Shown one piece after another: positions 37,627 to 47,406 of a stretch of 64,000 nt of DNA. The notes beneath the pieces are model-generated. The model had not been told where the DNA came from and made no database searches. It saw only the letters and a list, made by a program, of their open reading frames with translations. The stretch covers positions 125,942 through 189,941 of the forward strand of contig CAYGRO010000001.1 in assembly GCA_964352335.1 (NCBI GenBank), in the 5' to 3' direction. Each line of letters begins with the position of its first letter. The first letter of the stretch is position 1. This DNA is from an uncultured Gammaproteobacteria bacterium. GTDB lineage: Bacteria; Patescibacteriota; Patescibacteriia; VMEV01; CAYQCH01. A program made the position numbers and the translations under genes.

Positions 37627-37702
37627 TGGCGGGCCGGACGAGAATCGAACTCGCGATCTTCTCCGTGACAGGGAGACGTGATAACCGCTACACTACCGGC
37701 CC
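37627..37702 (-). tRNA. tRNA-Asp (anticodon GTC), CCA encoded
   Basis: GGGCCGG acceptor, anticodon loop CTGTCAC, T-arm GCGAG-TTCGATT-CTCGT, 3' CCGGCCC-G-CCA. Confidence 0.85.
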
Positions 37703-37909
37703 AAATATTAAATTGTCTTTCCACAAGATTTATCGTTCCAAAGTTCCTCAAGGAGCGAAGGAAGATAAACAAAACCCGCCCGTTAAGGAGGGTATGGAGA
37801 ATATAGCAAATGGAGGGATATTTGTCTAGAAGAGCTGAAATCATTGACTTATGCTAGAAATGATGCTAATTTTTACTGTCAACAAAAACACAAGGACAGT
37901 ACAGACCTA

Positions 37910-38620
37910 ATGAACAATAAGAACCGTATCGCCCTGGTGGTGGCCTTTCTTCTCGTTATTGGAACTAGCTGGTTGCTGGTCTCAAAAAAGGAAAGGCAGC
38001 CGAAGCCTATTCCCCCAGCCCCGTCGGTAAGTATCGCCCCGCTTAATACGCGGGCAACCCATACGCTCCTTCCGGGGGCGGCCGTGCCAACCATGGAGCA
38101 AGTCTACTTTGTGAGCAACCTCATGCTCCCAATGTTCGACAAGACGGCACTGACTTACCCAGAACCGAGCATTCGCGAACGCTTTGCTCGCTTCCTGCAA
38201 AGAACCAGAGACGGAGGGGATGTTCATTTCAATATGGACACCGGAATCCAATCCCAAGTGATGGCTGCGGTCAGTCTTCATGAAGGGAGGATCACCTTAA
38301 CCATTTGGGTTTGTGTGCCAATGCAATGGTACAAAGAATCAGGTGAGGATCTAGAAGCTCTCGAAGACGAAATGGTGATGAGCATGCTCCATGAGCAATA
38401 TCATGTAGAGCACCATGTTTTGCAAAACGCACCTCATCGCCTCGCCGAGTCGGAAGCTTGGTGGTATACCATTGAAACGGTCTGCCTCCCCATGCGAAAA
38501 ACTGGCCGTCTCAAAAAAATCAAGCCATTCTTGGCAAGAGCACTCGAGGCTTATCGTCAGGCCAATGGTGACCCAAAGTCTGCCAGTTGGCAGAACTTCC
38601 TCGACGAGCTAGGAAACTAA
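37910..38620 (+). CDS. membrane-anchored hypothetical protein; high-GC cassette abutting tRNA-Asp
   Basis: N-terminal TM helix (IALVVAFLLVIGTSWLLV). GC about 55%. Upstream TTGACT-17-TAATTT. Confidence 0.4.
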   Translation: MNNKNRIALVVAFLLVIGTSWLLVSKKERQPKPIPPAPSVSIAPLNTRATHTLLPGAAVPTMEQVYFVSNLMLPMFDKTALTYPEPSIRERFARFLQRTRDGGDVHFNMDTGIQSQVMAAVSLHEGRITLTIWVCVPMQWYKESGEDLEALEDEMVMSMLHEQYHVEHHVLQNAPHRLAESEAWWYTIETVCLPMRKTGRLKKIKPFLARALEAYRQANGDPKSASWQNFLDELGN

Positions 38621-38696
38621 TCCTAGATCAGCAGCCCACCTCCCCCTCGGGAGCGTCGGGCTGTCTTCATTTATTTCTCTCTGCTAGGATAACTTT

Positions 38697-39947
38697 ATGA
38701 AAACGACAAAAAAAATCGCAATCATCGGCGGTGGAGCAGCTGGAATGATGGCTGCTGCTACCCTTTTAGAATCTGGCAAAAATTGCGAGGTTCATTTATT
38801 TGAAAAAAATAAAAACCTGGGAGCAAAGGTTATTATTAGTGGAGGGGGAAGATGTAATGTGACAACAGGATTACAAAACAAACAACAATTGTTAAAAAAA
38901 TATTCTAGAGGTTCTGAATTTCTAAAAGCGGCTTTGTCTAAATTCCCCCCAGCCAAAGTATATGAATGGTTTGAAGAGCATGGTGTCCCATTAAAAACCG
39001 AAGACGATTTACGAGTCTTTCCCCAATCAAATGACGGGCATGATATTGTTGCTGTTTTTGAAACAATGTTTAAAGAAAAAAATGGTTTTTTACATTTGCT
39101 TTCGAATGTAAAAGAAATCACAAAACAAGAAGAGCACTTTTTGCTAAAAACAACAAAGGAAGAATTTCACTTTGATCTTGTAATACTCACAACGGGTGGA
39201 AATGCGTATAGACATACAGGCTCTACTGGAGATGGCTATGCATTTGCTACTGCACTTGGACATAGTATCACCCCATTAGGCCCATCATTAAACAGTTTTG
39301 TTGTACAAGAAGAATGGCCAAAAGCCTTATCTGGAATTAGTCTACCAAATGCAGAATTACGATATAAAAAAACAGCTGTAAAGGGACCTGTCTTGCTTAC
39401 CCATTTTGGAATTTCTGGACCAGTCACCTTTTCACTCTCTTCTCAAATCGCCTTTGAAAAAATTTCACCAGCCACCCCACTGACAATTCAATTGATTCCA
39501 GATGCAGAAAAAAAGTTTGAAGACTGGGAACAAACATTTTTAAAAACAATAAAAAATGAACCCAAAAAACAACTTATTACCTTTCTCCAAACATTTTTCC
39601 CCAAACGTTTAGCAGAAAGTTTAGTTGCGATTGCACAAGTAAAGCGTACAAAAGAATTAGCTGAATTAACAAAAGAAGAACGAAAAAAAATGAGCCACTT
39701 GCTCTCTGGAAACTTAGAACTCACCTTAGAACAACGTAGACCAGGTGATGAATTTGTGACCGCAGGCGGAGTATCAACCGAAGAAATCGATCCACAAACA
39801 ATGGAATCACTTATTACGCCAAATCTCTATTTCGGTGGAGAACTAATGAATGTAGATGGTGTAACCGGCGGATACAATTTGCAAGCCTCTTGGGCAACTG
39901 GGCAATTGGCAGGAAAAAGCATTATTAAAAAGTTGAAAACAGATTAA
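38697..39947 (+). CDS. HI0933-like flavoprotein (NAD(P)/FAD-dependent oxidoreductase, BaiN family)
   Basis: IAIIGGGAAGMMAA ... ISGGGRCNVT. Confidence 0.8.
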   Translation: MKTTKKIAIIGGGAAGMMAAATLLESGKNCEVHLFEKNKNLGAKVIISGGGRCNVTTGLQNKQQLLKKYSRGSEFLKAALSKFPPAKVYEWFEEHGVPLKTEDDLRVFPQSNDGHDIVAVFETMFKEKNGFLHLLSNVKEITKQEEHFLLKTTKEEFHFDLVILTTGGNAYRHTGSTGDGYAFATALGHSITPLGPSLNSFVVQEEWPKALSGISLPNAELRYKKTAVKGPVLLTHFGISGPVTFSLSSQIAFEKISPATPLTIQLIPDAEKKFEDWEQTFLKTIKNEPKKQLITFLQTFFPKRLAESLVAIAQVKRTKELAELTKEERKKMSHLLSGNLELTLEQRRPGDEFVTAGGVSTEEIDPQTMESLITPNLYFGGELMNVDGVTGGYNLQASWATGQLAGKSIIKKLKTD

Positions 39948-39951
39948 CTCT

Positions 39952-40806
39952 ATGAACAAAACGATTGTTGAAGTTATCAAGACAAAAACCGTTCTCGAGG
40001 GTGCAGGCGTGAAACTTCATCGAGGTTTTTCAAACCCTGAAATACCTAAGTTTGACCCATTTTTACTTTTCGATGACTTTAGTAGTGAAGACCCAGCTGA
40101 TTATAGATTAGGTTTTCCCTGGCATCCACATCGTGGAATAGAAACGATTACCTATATTTTATCTGGAGAAGTATTGCACCATGACTCGATTGGAAATCAA
40201 GGAAGAATTGGAGCAGGAGAAGTACAATGGATGAGTGCTGGTAGCGGGATATTACATGAAGAAATGCCAAAAAGTATTCCTGGTCTTCAAGGATTTCAAC
40301 TCTGGGTCAACTTACCTAAAAAGCACAAAATGTCTGAACCACGATACCAAGACATCACCGCTAAAATGATTCCAGAAATTTCCATTGGAAAAAATGCCAC
40401 GGCAAAAGTAATTGCTGGAACGGTTCAAGATACCCATGGGCCTGTAGAAGAACTTATGGCCATGCCTTTTTATCTAGACATAATAGTAGAACATGGAAAA
40501 GAATTTCAGCTCCCTATTCCGAATGAGTACAATACGTTTATCTACGTAATAGAAGGAAGTATTGGAACCACCGACTCAGAAAAAATTGCATATAAACAAG
40601 GTCAAATACTTCTTTTTAGTATGAATGGAGACACTCTTTCACTTAAAGCAGGGTCCTCATCTGCTCGATTCTTATTATGTTCAGGAAAACCACTGAATGA
40701 ACCCATTGCATGGCAAGGACCAATTGTCATGAATACCCAAGAAGAATTAGAAAAGGCCTATTATGAATTACAAGTCGGAAGCTTCATAAAAAATAACCTC
40801 CATTGA
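39952..40806 (+). CDS. pirin family protein
   Basis: HPHRGIETITY cupin metal site. Confidence 0.85.
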   Translation: MNKTIVEVIKTKTVLEGAGVKLHRGFSNPEIPKFDPFLLFDDFSSEDPADYRLGFPWHPHRGIETITYILSGEVLHHDSIGNQGRIGAGEVQWMSAGSGILHEEMPKSIPGLQGFQLWVNLPKKHKMSEPRYQDITAKMIPEISIGKNATAKVIAGTVQDTHGPVEELMAMPFYLDIIVEHGKEFQLPIPNEYNTFIYVIEGSIGTTDSEKIAYKQGQILLFSMNGDTLSLKAGSSSARFLLCSGKPLNEPIAWQGPIVMNTQEELEKAYYELQVGSFIKNNLH

Positions 40807-40840
40807 TTCACACTAAAATCATTGCTACACTCTCTCAACT

Positions 40841-41755
40841 ATGAATAATGCAATTACAATAAAAGACCTCACAAAAACATACCAGTCAAAAGCTGGAGAA
40901 GTACATGCCCTCAAAGGGGTTTCTTTTGAAATTAAAAAAGGAGAACTCTTTGGATTACTCGGACCAAATGGTGCTGGTAAATCTACATTGATCAATATCT
41001 TAGGAGGCGTTTCAGAAAAAACAAGTGGAACAGCCATTGTAGACGGTGTAGACATTTCTAAAGACCATAGAGCAGCTAAAATGAAACTTGGTATTGTTGG
41101 CCAAGAAATTTCTTTTGATGCGTTTTTAACTTTAGAACAAGCACTTCTCTTACAATTTGGGTATTACAATCTGCCAATCGATAGAGACCATATGATGAAA
41201 GTGCTAAAACAATTAGCATTAGACGACAAATTAAAAGCAAATCCTCGTTGGCTTTCTGGTGGAATGAAAAGACGCTTTATGATTGCCCGAGCCATGATGC
41301 ATAAACCAGAAATTCTCATTTTAGACGAACCAACAGCTGGTGTAGATGTAGAATTACGTCATGATATGTACGACTTAATTCGCACATTACACGAAAGCGG
41401 GACCACGATTATTTTAACGACTCATTATTTAGAAGAAGTAGAACTCTTAGCTGAACGCGTTGGGATTCTAAAAAAAGGTGAACTTGTTGCCCTAGATAAT
41501 AAACATGATTTAAAAGATCGTTTTCAATCTACAAGAGAATTAAAACTTGCCTTAACAGAAGCACTTACAACAATCCCAGAATCACTCACTATTTTTTCCC
41601 CTAAACAAAATGGAACTGAATTGGTTTTAACTTTTGAAGAAGTTGATTATAAAAAAGTCCTTCAAGTAGTTGCCAAAGCCGATTTACCAGTCGCCCATTT
41701 TACAGTGATTGAACCAACAATTGAAGATGTTTTCTTGAACCTAACAAAAAACTAA
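40841..41755 (+). CDS. ABC transporter ATP-binding protein
   Basis: Walker A GPNGAGKST, signature LSGGMKRR, Walker B ILILDEP. Confidence 0.85.
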   Translation: MNNAITIKDLTKTYQSKAGEVHALKGVSFEIKKGELFGLLGPNGAGKSTLINILGGVSEKTSGTAIVDGVDISKDHRAAKMKLGIVGQEISFDAFLTLEQALLLQFGYYNLPIDRDHMMKVLKQLALDDKLKANPRWLSGGMKRRFMIARAMMHKPEILILDEPTAGVDVELRHDMYDLIRTLHESGTTIILTTHYLEEVELLAERVGILKKGELVALDNKHDLKDRFQSTRELKLALTEALTTIPESLTIFSPKQNGTELVLTFEEVDYKKVLQVVAKADLPVAHFTVIEPTIEDVFLNLTKN

Positions 41756-41756
41756 T

Positions 41757-42524
41757 ATGATGATTAATACCCGTGGTGTTTTAACCATGATGAAAAAAGA
41801 ATGGCTTCGTATTAAAGATGTTTGGAAGCAAAGCATCCTTGCCCCTGTTATTTCTAACCTCCTCTTTTTTGTTGTCTTCGGCGTTGCTATTGCTGGTCGC
41901 GTGCAAACCCCAGACGGATTTAGTTATTTAACGGTGCTTGTTCCAGGTCTTGTGGCCATGGGATTAATGATGAATGCCCTACAAAACCCAATCTTCTCTC
42001 TCGTTATTTCTAAGTACTCAAATAATATTGCCGACTTACTCATGCTCCCTTTAAGCGGGCTTGAACTTGCTTTTGGGTATTTATTCGGAGGCATGATCAG
42101 AGGATTTGCCGTTGCTCTTGTGACCCTAATTGTTGGAATGTTCTTTACACCAGTTCCCTTCACCCATCCATTCTTGATTATCCTTTTCCTTTTCTTAATT
42201 GGAGGTATCTTTGCTTCCCTTGGATCAATGATCGGAGTTATTGCCGACGACTTTGATAAAGGAAACTTCATCCCAACTTTTGTGATCAACCCCTTAATTT
42301 ATTTGGGTGGTGTTTTCTATTCCGTAGACCAATTACCAGGAGTCCTCGCTTCTATCTCAAAATTCAATCCAATCCTCTATATGATTGACGGACTCCGATA
42401 CAGCTTCTTAGGCGTCGGTGACATCTCAATCGCAATCTCCCTCACAATCACAACCATCATCTTCCTCATCACCTTCTCCATCACCAGTTACATGTTCCAC
42501 ACAGGATATAAATTAAAAACCTAG
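41757..42524 (+). CDS. ABC-2 type transporter permease
   Basis: Six-TM ABC-2 permease; start overlaps the ATPase stop. Confidence 0.7.
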   Translation: MMINTRGVLTMMKKEWLRIKDVWKQSILAPVISNLLFFVVFGVAIAGRVQTPDGFSYLTVLVPGLVAMGLMMNALQNPIFSLVISKYSNNIADLLMLPLSGLELAFGYLFGGMIRGFAVALVTLIVGMFFTPVPFTHPFLIILFLFLIGGIFASLGSMIGVIADDFDKGNFIPTFVINPLIYLGGVFYSVDQLPGVLASISKFNPILYMIDGLRYSFLGVGDISIAISLTITTIIFLITFSITSYMFHTGYKLKT

Positions 42525-42882
42525 GTAAACAACAGATCAAACCAAAAACTACTCGTGTACTCACTAGTAGTTTTTTTGTAAAAAAATGAATAATCCACCA
42601 TGCGCTAAATGGGGTCCGGGGTAGTCGTGCTTCTGGGAACAAAAATCGGTGCAAGAACATACAAGAAGCTTCTACTACCCCGGCGACTTTTTTGCTTCGT
42701 TTTTTGGTCGCTCAAAAAATGAAGGCCCGTGCGGCGAGCACAATGACAAACCCTCAATCTAGTCAAAACAAAAACGAGCTCGCATTGAGCTCATTTTTAT
42801 TCCTCAAAGAAAAACGAATTTCTCTCTAAGGGACGGGCGAGATCAAAGCGTGGGGCTTCGATCTCATCCCTTCTGTAATGTG

Positions 42883-43089
42883 TTACAAAACCTCGAACGC
42901 GAGGTCCACGATGATCATGACGGCGATGAACGCCAACGTGATCAACGTCATCAGGAGCGGAAGCCCCCACTTGGAGTGCACGAAGCGCTCCCACCGGGTC
43001 TCATCACACTGGATGACCCCCTTCTGAGCACGACGGAACTCCGACATTGACGTCATACGCGGCAAAGTGCGCGGGTTCATTTGAACCAC
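42883..43089 (-). CDS. small membrane protein (68 aa, C-terminal TM helix); high-GC cassette
   Basis: Consensus promoter TTGACA-17-TATAGT at 43097..43125 on the minus strand plus an AAAGGTGG RBS. Terminator at 42776..42792. Confidence 0.45.
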   Translation of the reverse strand: MVQMNPRTLPRMTSMSEFRRAQKGVIQCDETRWERFVHSKWGLPLLMTLITLAFIAVMIIVDLAFEVL

Positions 43090-43174
43090 CTTTCTGAAAA
43101 CACTATACCATATTTATGGTATTTTGTCAAGGTGTGTGTAAATACTAGGGATAACCATGATATAATAGACTCAT

Positions 43175-43501
43175 ATGAAAAAAACCCTCTTTTTACTGCT
43201 TATTCTCCCCCTTTTAGGAGCAGGATGTAGCACTAGCGACCAACAAATAGCTTGTTATTATAATGAAAAGCCTTATCAAGTAGGCGAATCCTTTACAGCT
43301 GATGATGGCTGTAATACCTGTTCTTGTGGTCTAAATGGCCAAATTGCCTGCACAGAAATGGCTTGCCCAGCAGCTTTAGGAATTGACCAATGCCAAACAG
43401 CCAATGACTGCCTAGACCAAGGTATAGATACTTCCTACTGTTCTGATGGCCAATGGGCATGTGTAAATTCCATGTGTGAATATAGTTGTGAAATAGGATA
43501 G
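43175..43501 (+). CDS. cysteine-rich secreted lipoprotein (14 Cys; TIL/VWC-like spacing)
   Basis: Lipobox LLGAGCS. TATAAT -10 upstream. Confidence 0.55.
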   Translation: MKKTLFLLLILPLLGAGCSTSDQQIACYYNEKPYQVGESFTADDGCNTCSCGLNGQIACTEMACPAALGIDQCQTANDCLDQGIDTSYCSDGQWACVNSMCEYSCEIG

Positions 43502-43581
43502 CCAAAAAAATCAGATCAAAAAAATCAGCCCACACAGGCTGATTTTTTAATGTACCATGTCCCATGACTAATGCCCCATGC

Positions 43582-44712
43582 CTAAAGACTTTCCAATGCC
43601 TTAAACGCAGCTTCCAAATCTGCAGGGTCAACAGCATCTCCACCTTCTAAATTTTTTAAGAATGCTTTTGCATCATCAATTTCCATATTTCCGCTGCTTT
43701 GTATTGAATCCATACTACCACCAAAAAGTTCTAAATCACCAAATAGACTTCCTCCCATTATTTTTGCCATAACATCTTCAAATGAAATAGCATCGCTCGG
43801 AGCAACTACGGCACTGGCATTATTGTAATTATACAAAGTTACAACTACTTTTGCTGATTGTTTTACATTGGCACCGTTTAATTCCGTTGGATTTGCTTCA
43901 AATTGGTAAAGCCGATTATCTTTTTTCCCAATCCATAAATAGGTATCACCAGAATTAATTCGATCAATCAATTGACCTAAATCAGTCTTTGCTTCGCCAG
44001 TCATAGGATCATTGCTGATTTCAGAAGCCAAAGTGACAAATGCTAAAATACCAGCTTTATCTAAAACAACTTTATATTTTGTTGTTACTTCTCCTTCAAT
44101 TTTTTCTTCCCCTAAATCCGCTGTTTCACTAAACAAAGTTGCATCTTTAAATGCATCTTCAATTGCTTTTACTTGATCATCTGTTAATTCAGATTCTTCA
44201 TCATCGTCCATACTCCCTTCTAATATCATCATTGCTTCTGGATCATTAGGAGCAATCACCCACGTATTTAAGATACCGGCTAAATCAAATGGTAATCCTA
44301 ATTGCTCAGTCCCTGTTAACTCAGTAAGTTGAAAAAAGTTTGATTCATTTGTTCCCACATAATCACCTGCAACCTTAAACCCTTGTTCCCCTTCTGCAGA
44401 AATAAGAAAACTTCCCATTGATTCACCAAGCAATTGATCTTCACGAGTAAATTGCCCAGACAATTCTACGCTTACAGAATTAACACCAGGAGCAACTTGC
44501 TGCAAAGAAGAATTAGCATCTTCATCAAAAATAGAAGGATTTCCAGAGAAAGCAATTTTATAATTCGCAGATTGAATATCTACCATTGCACTTGGCATTT
44601 GCTTGATAACTGTTTCTGGGTTTTTCGGTTTACAACCAAACCCTGTAAGAGCAAGGGAGACGAAAAGTACAGCTCCTCCAAAAAATAAACGCTTATTCAT
44701 AACATTGAGCAT
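43582..44712 (-). CDS. lipoprotein, function unknown (probable start MNKRLFF at 44700)
   Basis: Lipobox LTGFGCK. Confidence 0.5.
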   Translation of the reverse strand: MLNVMNKRLFFGGAVLFVSLALTGFGCKPKNPETVIKQMPSAMVDIQSANYKIAFSGNPSIFDEDANSSLQQVAPGVNSVSVELSGQFTREDQLLGESMGSFLISAEGEQGFKVAGDYVGTNESNFFQLTELTGTEQLGLPFDLAGILNTWVIAPNDPEAMMILEGSMDDDEESELTDDQVKAIEDAFKDATLFSETADLGEEKIEGEVTTKYKVVLDKAGILAFVTLASEISNDPMTGEAKTDLGQLIDRINSGDTYLWIGKKDNRLYQFEANPTELNGANVKQSAKVVVTLYNYNNASAVVAPSDAISFEDVMAKIMGGSLFGDLELFGGSMDSIQSSGNMEIDDAKAFLKNLEGGDAVDPADLEAAFKALESL

Positions 44713-44880
44713 GGATCATGGTACATGGCGCATAATTCAATTCACAAACAGCGTTGTTAAAAATGAACCATGTCCCATGTCTCATATACCATGAGAAAAA
44801 GGTAAGAGTATATAATATCAAAAATAAATAACCTTGTACTCATTGACAAAACTACTATTTCTAGGTATTATTACGATTCT

Positions 44881-45930
44881 ATGTCAAACAAACCTGTAAC
44901 CAGAAATATGCAACTTTCTAAGCTCTTAGCAAAAGAGCCAGCTTTTCGTTTTAAACAAATCCAAAAGGCCCTTTTTCAACCACAAATTTCATCTTGGAAA
45001 GAAATCACAACTCTTCCAGCAAAATTACAAGAAGTATTAGAGAGCCAAGTCCCTTTTATCACAGTAAAAGAGAAGCTAATCCAAACAAATAAAAGAAAAG
45101 ACACACATAAAGCAGCTTTGACTTTGGAAGATGGATCAGCTATTGAAACGGTTTTAATGAAAAACCCAAGAGATTATTGGACCATTTGTGTTTCATCACA
45201 AGTTGGATGTGCCATGCGCTGTGATTTTTGTGCAACTGGAAAAATGGGTTTTACAAGAAATTTAACAAAAGAAGAAATTGTCGACCAATATCGATTCTGG
45301 CAACAGTATTTGCAAAAGCACCCTGAATTAAATCAACGTATTTCCAATATTGTTTTTATGGGCATGGGTGAACCACTCGCCAATTATGACAATGTCAGAG
45401 ATACAATGAATGAATGGCTCGAACAAACAGATATGGGACCAACAAGAATTACCGTTTCAACAGTTGGGCATATGGCATCTTTAGAAAAATTACTCGACGA
45501 CAAACAATGGCCACATGTACGACTCGCTATTTCATTACATAGTGCTGATAAAAATACTCGAAAAGAAATTGTACCAACTTCACATGAAGGGTTTTTACCA
45601 AACCTAGCATTTTGGGCAAAAAGATATTTAGAAAAATTTGGCAACCAAAGACATCATTTAACTTTTGAATATGTCATGCTCGACCGAATTAATGATACCG
45701 ATAAGCATGCTCGACTTCTTGCTGAATATGTTAATAAAATTGGAAAAGTTAAAGTCAATTTAATTCCCTACAATTTTACAGATTCAGAATACAAACGAAG
45801 TAAAGACGAACAAATCGCAGCTTTTAAAAACTATCTAGAATCAAAAGGGTTAACTGTTACATTACGCCGAACCATGGGTGACGACATTGACGCAGCTTGT
45901 GGTCAATTGATTCAACTTGGGAAAAAGTAA
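44881..45930 (+). CDS. rlmN: 23S rRNA (adenine2503-C2)-methyltransferase, radical SAM
   Basis: CAMRCDFCATG cluster plus the RlmN/Cfr core. Confidence 0.85.
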   Translation: MSNKPVTRNMQLSKLLAKEPAFRFKQIQKALFQPQISSWKEITTLPAKLQEVLESQVPFITVKEKLIQTNKRKDTHKAALTLEDGSAIETVLMKNPRDYWTICVSSQVGCAMRCDFCATGKMGFTRNLTKEEIVDQYRFWQQYLQKHPELNQRISNIVFMGMGEPLANYDNVRDTMNEWLEQTDMGPTRITVSTVGHMASLEKLLDDKQWPHVRLAISLHSADKNTRKEIVPTSHEGFLPNLAFWAKRYLEKFGNQRHHLTFEYVMLDRINDTDKHARLLAEYVNKIGKVKVNLIPYNFTDSEYKRSKDEQIAAFKNYLESKGLTVTLRRTMGDDIDAACGQLIQLGKK

Positions 45931-45934
45931 GTTA

Positions 45935-46028
45935 AGCCCCCCCCCTAACCCCCTCCTATCCTAGGAGGGGGAAGTACAACAGCATCTCTTACCTCCCTCC
46001 CTTTGCTAAGGGGAGGGTCGGGGTGGAG
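45935..46028. repeat. GC-rich palindromic REP-like element (copy R3)
   Basis: ccccctaaccccctcc-tatccta-ggagggggaag ... ggggagggtcggggtgg. Homologous to R4. Confidence 0.55.
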
Positions 46029-46040
46029 TATTTAAAAACT

Positions 46041-46493
46041 ATGATCTTCATCCTCGTTTCACTACGATCACTTTATAATGTCGGTTCCATTTTTCGATCA
46101 GCCGACGCTCTTGGGGTAGAAAAAATTTATCTTACTGGCTTTACTGGAACGCCAAAACAAGCAAAAATTGGAAAAACCGCTCTAGGGGCAGAGGAATCTG
46201 TTCCATGGGAGTACGTAAAAAGCACAAGTGAAGTCATCAAACGACTAAAATCTGAAGGATACTCTATCGTCGGCTTAGAAAAAACGTCAACATCACTTAA
46301 CGCATTTAAGTGGAATCCTAGCGAAAAAACTGCTATTCTATTAGGGAATGAGGAAAGAGGTTTATCTGACCGAATCATGAACCTTTGTGATGAGGTCGTA
46401 CATCTTCCAATGGAAGGAATGAAAGAAAGCCTCAATGTTTCAGTAGCTGCTGGAGCTATCGGCTACCTCATCAAATCTAAGCTCACTAAATAA
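46041..46493 (+). CDS. SpoU/TrmH family RNA 2'-O-methyltransferase
   Basis: SpoU motifs (NVGSIFRSADALG ... ILLGNEERGL ... LNVSVAAG). Confidence 0.7.
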   Translation: MIFILVSLRSLYNVGSIFRSADALGVEKIYLTGFTGTPKQAKIGKTALGAEESVPWEYVKSTSEVIKRLKSEGYSIVGLEKTSTSLNAFKWNPSEKTAILLGNEERGLSDRIMNLCDEVVHLPMEGMKESLNVSVAAGAIGYLIKSKLTK

Positions 46494-46650
46494 ACTGTGA
46501 CAATTCTCTACAGTCAAATGTCAGTGGTCAATTGTCAGTTGTACAATATGGATATACGTTTGAAAATCATTTCAATTATTAGCGTCATTTCCCTTGTTCT
46601 CTTGGCAGGAGCTTGGTACCTGGCGGTTTAATTATTAAACTAATAATACT

Positions 46651-47343
46651 ATGGAGCCCAATTATCTCGCTGCATTTGCAGCAACAGTTCTAGAGTCTTT
46701 TAATAAAGTGTGGGTAGGTTTACTTAACTTACTTCCAAGTATGATTGCGGCATTATTCGTATTGGTCATTGGTTGGCTAGCTGCATCATGGCTGGGTAAA
46801 CTCGTTACAAAAGTTGTCGAGTTTACAAAAGTAGATGATATTATCGATAAAGCAGGTTTAGACAAAAGTCTTGCTGATGCTGGAATCGAATTTAATTTAG
46901 CTAAATTGGTAGGGTGGCTAGTTAAATGGTTCATTATCGTGGTTGTTCTTATTGCTGTAGCCGAAATTTTAGGTCTAGACCAAATCACAAACTTCTTAGA
47001 AACAATTGCATTATATATTCCAAATATTATTATTGCTGTTGTTATCTTACTTGTTGGTTTAGTTGTAGGAAATTTTGTCGACAAAGTTGTTCATAAAGCG
47101 GTTCAAGCAAGTAGATTAAGTTCTGCGGCAGGAGCTTTATCAGCTATCGCAAAATGGGCAATTATTACATTTACTGTTCTAGCTGCATTAACACATCTTA
47201 AAATTGCACAAGAATTAATCCAAACATTATTCATGGGATTAGTCGGAATGCTTGCCTTAGCAGGTGGACTAGCCTTTGGACTTGGAGGAAAAGAAGCAGC
47301 TCGTGAATTGATTGATACAATCAAGCGCGATGTACAAAAATAG
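46651..47343 (+). CDS. membrane protein with conserved TM-helix repeats (mechanosensitive-channel-related)
   Basis: Repeated hydrophobic helix motifs. Terminator at 47362..47398 (atcaccc-tgaataaa-gggtgat followed by TTTTTT). Confidence 0.5.
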   Translation: MEPNYLAAFAATVLESFNKVWVGLLNLLPSMIAALFVLVIGWLAASWLGKLVTKVVEFTKVDDIIDKAGLDKSLADAGIEFNLAKLVGWLVKWFIIVVVLIAVAEILGLDQITNFLETIALYIPNIIIAVVILLVGLVVGNFVDKVVHKAVQASRLSSAAGALSAIAKWAIITFTVLAALTHLKIAQELIQTLFMGLVGMLALAGGLAFGLGGKEAARELIDTIKRDVQK

Positions 47344-47406
47344 GTAGAGCAACGTATTTGCCAATAAAAAATCACCCCTGAATAAAGGGTGATTTTTTAT
47401 TTGTCA

